From Promethearchaeota archaeon Loki_b31 (GTDB lineage: Archaea; Asgardarchaeota; Lokiarchaeia; Sigyniarchaeales; SOKP01): a DNA stretch of 10,107 bases. The number at the start of each line of letters is the position of its first letter. The first letter of the stretch is position 1. Positions 1 through 6,658 of the stretch are shown piece after piece. The notes beneath the pieces are model-generated. The model saw only the letters and a program-made list of their open reading frames with translations. It was not told where the DNA came from and ran no database searches. The stretch covers positions 1 to 10,107 of the forward strand of contig NJBI01000088.1 in the NCBI GenBank assembly GCA_005222975.1, in the 5' to 3' direction. Position numbers and translations under genes: made by a program.

Positions 1-396
1 ACGCTCCCTACAAACACAATTTATAAACCAATGAAACAAACATCCGAGTTAAGATTTGTAAAGGATTTAAAAAGGCAGGCGATCAAATGTTTTGATGATT
101 GTAATTTAAAGAAGATTGCTGAGAAAATTATAGAAGAGGACATGAATCACATCGTTATTGTAGATCGAGAAAACTATCTAAAAGGAATCGTGACTAGTTT
201 TGATGTGACCAAAGCAATTGCTCAAAATAAAAGAGAATTAAATGACATTATAACAAAAAAAGTAATTACTACTACGGACAACGAACCAATTGGACTTGCC
301 GCCAGACGAATGAAAAATAACAATATTTCAGCATTACCGGTTGTTGATGAAAGTAAGAGAGTAATTGGAATAATAACTTCGGAGGAGTTGATGTAA
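1..396 (+). CDS. C-terminal CBS-domain pair of a 5'-truncated protein, probably L-aspartate semialdehyde sulfurtransferase / homocysteine biosynthesis protein (DUF39+CBS, MJ0100/MA1821 family)
   Basis: Frame is open from base 1 (TLPTNTIYKP-MKQT...), so the gene begins upstream of the window. Two CBS motifs: HIVIVDRENYLKGIVTSFDV and ISALPVVDESKRVIGIITSEEL. The directly following NIL-ferredoxin matches the MA1821-MA1822 arrangement. The CBS call is firm; the catalytic domain is outside the window and inferred. Confidence 0.72.
   Translation, partial: TLPTNTIYKPMKQTSELRFVKDLKRQAIKCFDDCNLKKIAEKIIEEDMNHIVIVDRENYLKGIVTSFDVTKAIAQNKRELNDIITKKVITTTDNEPIGLAARRMKNNNISALPVVDESKRVIGIITSEELM
381..392 (+). 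promoter_or_regulatory. Shine-Dalgarno site for the NIL-ferredoxin gene
   Basis: GGAGGAGTTGAT. 384-392 GGAGTTGAT matches archaeal GGAGGTGAT at 8/9 positions and lies 5 nt before the in-frame ACG at 398. Confidence 0.6.
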
Positions 397-397
397 T

Positions 398-793
398 ACG
401 ACTATAATTAATTGCACCTTACCGTTCGGAGCTATAAGAGACATTGACGACTATTCGAAAATCATAAACGAGATTTTAAAATACGATATTACATTTAACA
501 TTCTAAAGTTTTCTACGGGAACGAATGGCGTGAACTTTTTGTTAGATGTTCCTGAAAATAAAATGAAAATCATTACTGACGCTTTACAAAGAAACGAAGT
601 AGTTGTAAATAAAAAGGGAAGGGTGATTGTTGACGATGATAAGTGTATTGATTGTGGTGCTTGCATATCTCTTTGCCCAACCGACGCTCTGCATTTTAAT
701 GTGGATGAACGCTTAGAATTATTGTTTGAAAAATGTATAGGGTGTTTATTGTGTATCGATTCTTGTCCAAGGCAAGCTATTGAAAAAATGTGA
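398..793 (+). CDS. NIL-domain 2x[4Fe-4S] ferredoxin (MA1822-like partner of the homocysteine-forming enzyme), about 131 aa
   Basis: Frame of ORF 530..793 is open back to TGA at 389-391 and reads (T)TIINCTLPFGAIRDIDDYSKIINEILKYDITFNILKFSTGTNG-VNFLLDV, containing the FNIL signature. C-terminal CIDCGACISLCP and CIGCLLCIDSCP motifs. Start position is uncertain: no ATG/GTG/TTG before 530. Confidence 0.85.
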   Translation, partial: TTIINCTLPFGAIRDIDDYSKIINEILKYDITFNILKFSTGTNGVNFLLDVPENKMKIITDALQRNEVVVNKKGRVIVDDDKCIDCGACISLCPTDALHFNVDERLELLFEKCIGCLLCIDSCPRQAIEKM

Positions 794-830
794 ATTTTCT
801 TTTTAATAAATAAGAATAGTTTGAATGAAA

Positions 831-1844
831 TTATTGTTGTGTTATAATTTCAAATATCTCCTCAAGACGAGGAGTTTTTCTTCGCAAGGTAATACAGCGT
901 TCTTCTTCGCACCCTCGCAAAATAGCGATTAATTCGTTAAGATGAATCGTAGGTATTTCTAGCTTTTCGTTGAACCACTTTTCAATCTTTTCGCGATATT
1001 CTGGTTTTTCCAACGTATATAAACAGGTTGGACAGGGCATTAAAATGAAGTCAGCACCGACGTTTTCTGCGCTTTTTAACTTGTTATAAGTGATTTTAAG
1101 AGCTTCGCGAGGATTTATTAACAATTGACTGGCCCCCCATCCACAACAACTCTCCCTTTCCTGGTAATCGACGGGAATCCCCCCAAAAAGCTCAATGAGC
1201 TCCTCTAATTTAGTTTTACTCCCTAAGTAATTTTCCACATTTTTCTTATCTCTCGATAAATTTAAGTAATGACAACCGTAATGGACGGCCACTTTTAAGC
1301 CTCTTAAGTCGAATTTTAGAGCGTTGAGAAGGTCGTCTCGTATTAAGTATAAAAAATCTAAGTCGTGAACTAATTTAAGTTTTGGATTTTCTAAAATGTC
1401 GTACATTCCAGGATATCTTTCCCCATCAGCTTTTTTCTTGACTGAATTCAAGATTTTCTGGGTTTTATTTCTCACTTCTGTATTTTTTAAAAAGTCTCGT
1501 CCTCTGAGAAGGGAATTGTAGCATCCATTGCAACTAAATAATACGATATCTGCCTGCCGATTCATTTCGCTAAGGTTCCTCTCGTTAATTGCGGAAAATT
1601 GGGCTCTTGTTATTAGATTCCTTTGAAAAAACGTTCCACTGCAGCAAGATTGGTCGTTACATATAGACACATCTAACAGTAGTTCTTCTAAGAGATCTTG
1701 AAACCCCCACCTTACGCCTGGAAAATACTTTTCTAAACAAGCTTTAAATAGGCATAACTTCTTACCCTTAAAAAATTCTAAAGGATTTTCAGGGTAATTC
1801 TTTTTAATTTCCTGTAAATCTAGAGCTAAATTATTGAAATTCAT
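831..1844 (-). CDS. hdrB: Heterodisulfide reductase subunit B-like protein (two CCG domains)
   Basis: C36-x30-CCSG...CNGC and VAVHYGCH...SCCG...CPTC cysteine-rich motifs; ERNL matches the ARN motif; lies directly downstream of hdrC. Confidence 0.9.
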   Translation of the reverse strand: MNFNNLALDLQEIKKNYPENPLEFFKGKKLCLFKACLEKYFPGVRWGFQDLLEELLLDVSICNDQSCCSGTFFQRNLITRAQFSAINERNLSEMNRQADIVLFSCNGCYNSLLRGRDFLKNTEVRNKTQKILNSVKKKADGERYPGMYDILENPKLKLVHDLDFLYLIRDDLLNALKFDLRGLKVAVHYGCHYLNLSRDKKNVENYLGSKTKLEELIELFGGIPVDYQERESCCGWGASQLLINPREALKITYNKLKSAENVGADFILMPCPTCLYTLEKPEYREKIEKWFNEKLEIPTIHLNELIAILRGCEEERCITLRRKTPRLEEIFEIITQQ

Positions 1845-1877
1845 TTTGTCCTATTCAATTAATTTTTGTTTAAATTT

Positions 1878-2414
1878 CTATTTCGTTTTTTTCTTAGTTT
1901 TCTTATTTCTTTTGCTTTGGTCTATTTTACTTGCTTTAAACACATATTTTATTCGTGCAAAGTTACAAATTTCGTAGATTTCATCAACTCGTTCTTGTGG
2001 TAAATTATGTCCCAATGGGGCTTCTACTACAGTACCTTGGGTTAAAAATCTCTCAGACATCTCTACGTATTTTCTCAAATCGTTATATTTTGGGCCGTAG
2101 CCTTTTTTAAAAGATTCGTTCCTAAGGTTGATTATAAGTAAGGGGATGTTTATGTTTTCTTTAGGACAAACTCGTTTACATCTTTCGCATAAATAGCAAT
2201 ACCAAATATCAGAGTCTTTCAAAACGCTTTTATCGCCGCGGAGAACTTTCTTAATAATTTTTCTACTATTAAAGTTAGATACTTTAGCAGCAGGACAATC
2301 CCCTACGCACTTTCCACACGAAATACATTGAATGATATTTTTATTTTCGTCCACATCATCAACAAGTTCTTCGTAAAATTCCCAATTCCAATCTAAATCT
2401 GTGTATTCGTCCAT
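1878..2414 (-). CDS. hdrC: Heterodisulfide reductase subunit C-like 2x[4Fe-4S] protein
   Basis: CISCGKCVGDCP, FNSRKII, IWYCYLCERCKRVCP and INLRNE motifs typical of HdrC; adjacent to hdrB. Confidence 0.9.
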   Translation of the reverse strand: MDEYTDLDWNWEFYEELVDDVDENKNIIQCISCGKCVGDCPAAKVSNFNSRKIIKKVLRGDKSVLKDSDIWYCYLCERCKRVCPKENINIPLLIINLRNESFKKGYGPKYNDLRKYVEMSERFLTQGTVVEAPLGHNLPQERVDEIYEICNFARIKYVFKASKIDQSKRNKKTKKKTK

Positions 2415-2525
2415 ATTTTTAATTATCTCAAAATTTATCCGGAATATTTCACTACCTAAAAGGAATCATCATTGATAGTAAAAAAATTATTGTAATTAGA
2501 AATATAAGGAAATTAGGAAATAATT

Positions 2526-2534
2526 AAAAAAAAA
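2526..2534 (-). terminator. Oligo-T archaeal terminator candidate
   Basis: T9 on the minus strand 3 nt after the stop of the 7TM gene, followed by a pyrimidine-rich stretch. Confidence 0.5.
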
Positions 2535-2537
2535 GAT

Positions 2538-3293
2538 TTATTTTTTAGTGAATATAGCGTGCATCCATTTTGGGAGAATAAACCCTCCATAAAATTCGAG
2601 CGCACTGATTATTAATAATATTCGAGTTATAACTACCATAATTGCTAACAAGGGGTCAGTAGGAACTTCAAAAATCGTACCAAGTAATGAATCTAAAACA
2701 GCAGCAATCGTAAAAGTGATAAAAGCCGCGCGAAGTAGTTTTCCTTTTAATCTCACATCTCGATCTTCCGACTTCACTGATTTTTGAGCAAATACAATTC
2801 CAGTTACAAACATAATTAGTATTACAAGCATTAAAGAGATGCTAATAAAAACCCCGAATTCCACTGTAAAAGGCCTTAACGGATTGATAATTCCAATTTG
2901 ATCAATATCCGTGATTAATAGATAAAAGAAGATGATTTCAAAAATTATGCTGAAAATAATAGTTAAAATTACAGTTAATTTTTGCTTTTTTTTATTAATC
3001 ATATCTGTGTAGGCGATTAGCCAAACTAAAAGGGCGACCGGCATAGTAACATTACCGATAATAAAATACAAGTCAATTGCGAGAGATTTATTAAAAAGTA
3101 AGTTCATAACAAAACTAATTGAATCAGGAAACCACGGTGTTGCAATTCCAATCCATGAAATACCTACAAGAATGTAAAGCCTCGATTTATATTGAAAATA
3201 TTTAGATAGTATTGAAAAACCAATTATTAACGAGATTATAACAAAGACTAAACTGAAACTCCCTTGTAAGTAATCTACAAGTTCTAAAGCCAA
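2538..3293 (-). CDS. Seven-transmembrane protein of unknown function (HisKA_7TM-like sensor fold suspected; no fused output domain)
   Basis: Seven hydrophobic segments (about aa 9-32, 40-66, 75-95, 106-127, 148-169, 186-205, 215-240), TPW motif in TM2, C-terminal FYGGFILPKW. TTG start preceded by AGGAGA. Confidence 0.75.
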   Translation of the reverse strand: MALELVDYLQGSFSLVFVIISLIIGFSILSKYFQYKSRLYILVGISWIGIATPWFPDSISFVMNLLFNKSLAIDLYFIIGNVTMPVALLVWLIAYTDMINKKKQKLTVILTIIFSIIFEIIFFYLLITDIDQIGIINPLRPFTVEFGVFISISLMLVILIMFVTGIVFAQKSVKSEDRDVRLKGKLLRAAFITFTIAAVLDSLLGTIFEVPTDPLLAIMVVITRILLIISALEFYGGFILPKWMHAIFTKK

Positions 3294-3354
3294 AATTATC
3301 TCCTTAATTTGTTTTTTATGAAAAGTTAATGATAATCAAAATTTGATTTTAATA

Positions 3355-3371
3355 TTTATAAAGGTATTTCG
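3355..3371 (-). promoter_or_regulatory. BRE-TATA promoter of the 7TM gene
   Basis: Minus strand reads CGAAA-TACC-TTTATAAA, about 60 nt upstream of the TTG start. Confidence 0.6.
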
Positions 3372-3423
3372 AACTTATCTTTGTGATATGTTTAAGGATA
3401 ACATAGAATTATCATTAATGTAA

Positions 3424-4488
3424 TTAAATTACATTATAATCTAAAATTGACGGTTGGCTTTTAAGCTGGTTAATTAACAACTTTAAATGAAATAAATATT
3501 GATCTAAAGAAATTTCTTGCTTCTGATACCTTTCTAACAACAACTTAATAATGTAATACGGAGTAAATTTAAGAAATCGAATATCGGAAAAAAGATAAAC
3601 TACGCCTTTTGCTTCGAATATGAGTTTTTTTTCCAATAATTCTTCAAATAGTTCTTCTTTATTACTTAAAATATTGATACTTTCATTTACAGTTAGTTCC
3701 TTCTTTCTTAGAGCTTTTATTAAGTTAAACACATCCTTATCAATTAGAAAATTAATAATTTCCTTATTTTCAATTTCTTGACTACAATTATAATTAGAAA
3801 ATAATTTAACAAATTCTTTTTTGAATTTTTTCAATAGTTTTTCCTCTGTTCCCTCATCTGGTAATTTTTTAGGAGGCACTCTAGTATAAGATAAATCTTT
3901 AATTAAAAAATAACATTCTTTACTCCCTGAAATGGTTTTTTTCAAAATTAATTTTTCTCGGATAAAAGATATCAACAATAAATCAATATTGACGGTCGAA
4001 AAACCGTAATTTTGCCGGAGAGTTTCGGCTAATTCTGCTTTAGAAATTACACCATTTCGCAGAATTTGTAATATGGTATATTTTATCTTTTCTTGAAAAA
4101 AATTAATTAAATCTTCTCCTTCAATTTTACTATAATTCTTTATCGTATTAAATGCTTCAGAGATGGTTCTCGTAATTTTATTCGTGTTTATAAGTTCTAA
4201 TAAGTTTTTAGTAATAATTGCTAATATGTCTGAAGAAAGTATCTCGCTAATTTTACTTTTGGACATGAAAAATAAACACAAAAAATAAATTTCTCCTTCG
4301 TACTCTTGTATAACAGAAATAATATTACGATCTTCAAGTTCAATTAGCGCGTCCTCCTTATTTAATTCGTGTTGAGCCCAAATTTTCAGGAAAATGTCCT
4401 TCGAAGGATAGGCTCCTTCAGGAGGGTATTGTATTATTGGTATTGGACCAGTGCTTTTATTCCAATGTACAATAATTAATCGTTCCAT
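3424..4488 (-). CDS. Longin/uDENN-like N-terminal domain plus two putative winged-helix domains (NPRL2/DENN-like eukaryotic signature protein candidate)
   Basis: N-terminus LIIVHWNKSTGPIPIIQYP fits the hhhh[WF]DxxxGPxhxxxYP longin/uDENN hairpin, followed by a helix and strands ending IYFLCLFF. wHTH-like segments ILQILRNGVISKAELAETLRQNYGFSTVNIDLLLISFIREKLI and LIKALRKKELTV...LFEELLEKKLIFEAKGVVYLF. The CDS is certain; domain calls are by eye. Confidence 0.6.
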   Translation of the reverse strand: MERLIIVHWNKSTGPIPIIQYPPEGAYPSKDIFLKIWAQHELNKEDALIELEDRNIISVIQEYEGEIYFLCLFFMSKSKISEILSSDILAIITKNLLELINTNKITRTISEAFNTIKNYSKIEGEDLINFFQEKIKYTILQILRNGVISKAELAETLRQNYGFSTVNIDLLLISFIREKLILKKTISGSKECYFLIKDLSYTRVPPKKLPDEGTEEKLLKKFKKEFVKLFSNYNCSQEIENKEIINFLIDKDVFNLIKALRKKELTVNESINILSNKEELFEELLEKKLIFEAKGVVYLFSDIRFLKFTPYYIIKLLLERYQKQEISLDQYLFHLKLLINQLKSQPSILDYNVI

Positions 4489-4613
4489 TTTAGTGAGTTG
4501 TTAAATTATAATATTATATCAAATCGATTTATAATACAGAAAATTGTTAATTTATATAATAAAATAGGCAAATTCAATATAAATTCTATTGTCAAAAATA
4601 GTATGAAAATTTG

Positions 4614-4623
4614 AAAAAAAAAA
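4614..4623 (-). terminator. Oligo-T terminator candidate
   Basis: T10 on the minus strand 7 nt after the stop of the 83-aa ORF. Confidence 0.5.
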
Positions 4624-4630
4624 TATAAAC

Positions 4631-4882
4631 TTAAAATAGACCGATATATTTTTTCTCAATAGCTTCTACGGTTTCTAGCACTAACTCGTTCATTCTTTTA
4701 TTATCCGAAGAATTTACGCTCTCAATAAACTTTTCTATAATCTGATGAGCAAGTTCTTTGTCTTTTTGATTATATTTATGTTGTCTAAACTTAAATAAAT
4801 AGTAAAATTCTTCTTTTAACCAATTTAATTTTTGGATTAGACTATCTTCTAAAATATCATTATAATCCCCGTATAAAAACAT
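4631..4882 (-). CDS. Small alpha-helical hypothetical protein (83 aa)
   Basis: ATG start with upstream AAGGGG SD-like element, amphipathic helical pattern, downstream T10 tract, no overlap with other genes. Confidence 0.75.
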   Translation of the reverse strand: MFLYGDYNDILEDSLIQKLNWLKEEFYYLFKFRQHKYNQKDKELAHQIIEKFIESVNSSDNKRMNELVLETVEAIEKKYIGLF

Positions 4883-4977
4883 TTAGAACCCCTTCTTATC
4901 GATTAAATTTAAAATTAATTTAATTATAATTATAGTAGGGTGTATCCTTAAATAATTTTGTAATGAATTTTCTATTT

Positions 4978-4994
4978 GATTTATTAAATAAATC
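4978..4994. repeat. Perfect 8-1-8 inverted repeat
   Basis: GATTTATT-A-AATAAATC in the intergenic region upstream of the 83-aa gene. Confidence 0.6.
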
Positions 4995-5098
4995 TTAAGT
5001 GATTTATCCAATATATTAACAATTCACCCAATTTAAGCTTTAAAATGTTTAAATAGCAGCCAATTTTTTATTAATTACATATAGTTAAATGATCCTAT

Positions 5099-5284
5099 TT
5101 AGATATCGATCGTTCTAAAGTGGTATCTTGTTATACTTTTAGAAAGTTCCCAAATAGATTGGATATTATTAGAATTGATCGCTTGATTAAGTTCTTTGTA
5201 TAGTTTTGATAGGGATGGTTGATTATCTGCAAAATTCTCGCTTTTCTTAATTTCTAGTTTTTCATCGTTATTCATACCAAACAT
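5099..5284 (-). CDS. Small hypothetical protein (61 aa)
   Basis: ATG start, co-oriented with neighbours, fills an otherwise empty gap, helical-hairpin-like C-terminal half (LSKLYKELNQAI...IQSIWELSKSI). Confidence 0.55.
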   Translation of the reverse strand: MFGMNNDEKLEIKKSENFADNQPSLSKLYKELNQAINSNNIQSIWELSKSITRYHFRTIDI

Positions 5285-5348
5285 TCAAATTTCACAAATT
5301 AAAACCAGAAATAATATCACAATAACATACTTAGCTTCTTTAATCTCG

Positions 5349-5360
5349 AAAAAAAAAAAA
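5349..5360 (-). terminator. Oligo-T terminator candidate
   Basis: T12 on the minus strand 8 nt after the TAG of the hydrolase. Confidence 0.55.
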
Positions 5361-5368
5361 TAAGAAAA

Positions 5369-6658
5369 CTATTGTTCTAAGTAAAGAAATCTTTCCAGAT
5401 AGTAAACCCAGACCTGCGAAAAAGTATTACCTACTATAAGATCGCTAGCATGTGCTGCAAATGGAAAAGTCAAGAGCATACAATCTACTCCTTTGGCATT
5501 TAATGCGCTTTTTATCGTTTCAGCGTTTATTAAAGGGACCAAATCATCTCTTAAACCTTGGAAAATTATAGCGGGCGGATCGTTCACATCGGCTAAATTA
5601 CTAGGAGTAAATTTTTCGAACGCTAAAGGATTTGATAGTGGATCGCCAGGGATTAATCTTGATAGAGGCTCGTGCGTAAAATAAGGATCAGCGAAATTTG
5701 GAGGATAAATGGGGATGATTCCCTTAATATTTAAAGCATTGCTAAAGTTTCCAGCAAAATAAAGGTCGTTGTATCCTAACCCTATGACGCCTGTCAAATG
5801 AGCGCCAGCAGAGCCGCCCATGATAAAAACTGAGTCTAAATTCGCGTTATAAGTGCTTGCAAATGTTTTTTCTAACTGCTTAGTAAAGTTTCCTATTTGG
5901 TAAACCATATCATGTAGAGTTAAATTCCCTCTAACATGATCGGGAGTAGGAATAAAAGAAGAACCTCCAGCATCTAACAGACCGTATTGAATATCGAACA
6001 CTACATAGCCTTGAGCAGCAAGATACTTATTTAGTACTAATACGTTTCCTAAGCTTTTATCGCCAAATTGCCAACTTCCTCCGTGAATTTTAATGATTAC
6101 GCTGTTGTTTCCAGGTAATTGTGCTGTTGTAGATTTGGGATAATATACATCGAAATAGAGCTGGAACCCATCGTTGTCGTAGTATTTTACATCAGTCTCT
6201 ATGTTACAATCTCTATGTGAAAACCCTAAGAAGTAATTATAAAGGTTAAATTGAGTAGGTAAAAAATAAGATTCTGCACTTGAGGGTATCTGTGCTCTCC
6301 AATTTTCGCCGTAAGCAACATTGAATTCATTTTCCGCAGTTTGAATTGAAATTGGTGTAGCTATTAATGGTAAGGCGTTAAGAAAGGTTAAACATAGCCC
6401 AAAAACTAAAATAATTTTTTTCACTAGACTTCTTCGTTTAAATTTTGGGATTAGTTTTATCAAAAGTATCGTTGTAATAAGATATAAAAACATTAGAAAA
6501 CCAGAAATCTGAGTTATAAAAAATGACAAAGAACTCGATATCCCACCTTTAATAGGAATAAGTAAAACGATTGTAAAGTAAATTCCAATAATAAAAGTTG
6601 AAAAACTCAGCATTACAAGTAACAGTTTTAGAAATTTCAGTAAGGTCGGTTTATTCAA
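5369..6658 (-). CDS. Membrane-anchored alpha/beta hydrolase (HSL-family / BD-FAE-like esterase-lipase)
   Basis: HGGSW oxyanion motif, GGSAG nucleophile elbow, GLRDDLVP acid, AAHASD histidine; three N-terminal TM helices. Start revised from 6682 to TTG at 6658 because GAGGTG (6673-6668) lies 9 nt upstream of it. Confidence 0.88.
   Translation of the reverse strand: MNKPTLLKFLKLLLVMLSFSTFIIGIYFTIVLLIPIKGGISSSLSFFITQISGFLMFLYLITTILLIKLIPKFKRRSLVKKIILVFGLCLTFLNALPLIATPISIQTAENEFNVAYGENWRAQIPSSAESYFLPTQFNLYNYFLGFSHRDCNIETDVKYYDNDGFQLYFDVYYPKSTTAQLPGNNSVIIKIHGGSWQFGDKSLGNVLVLNKYLAAQGYVVFDIQYGLLDAGGSSFIPTPDHVRGNLTLHDMVYQIGNFTKQLEKTFASTYNANLDSVFIMGGSAGAHLTGVIGLGYNDLYFAGNFSNALNIKGIIPIYPPNFADPYFTHEPLSRLIPGDPLSNPLAFEKFTPSNLADVNDPPAIIFQGLRDDLVPLINAETIKSALNAKGVDCMLLTFPFAAHASDLIVGNTFSQVWVYYLERFLYLEQ

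Noticed and set aside
451-666. 71-aa minus-strand ORF
   Set aside because: Antisense shadow of the NIL-ferredoxin gene.
791-793. TGA stop of the ferredoxin as possible selenocysteine
   Set aside because: Both cluster motifs are already complete, TGA is not at a Cys-equivalent position, readthrough runs into the convergent hdrB end, and no SECIS-like hairpin was seen.
2425-2478. ATGATGA (C-box/SECIS-like) on the minus strand upstream of hdrC, with small palindrome ATCATTGAT
   Set aside because: No CTGA D box or convincing stem follows; too short to call an sRNA or K-turn.
2538-3293. 7TM protein as a microbial rhodopsin
   Set aside because: No retinal-binding Lys motif in TM7 and no RYxDW-like TM3 motif.
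4507-4530. Short palindromes TATAATATTATA and AAATCGATTT upstream of the longin gene
   Set aside because: Low-complexity AT-rich palindromes expected by chance.
5493-5684. 63-aa plus-strand ORF
   Set aside because: Antisense to the hydrolase catalytic domain.
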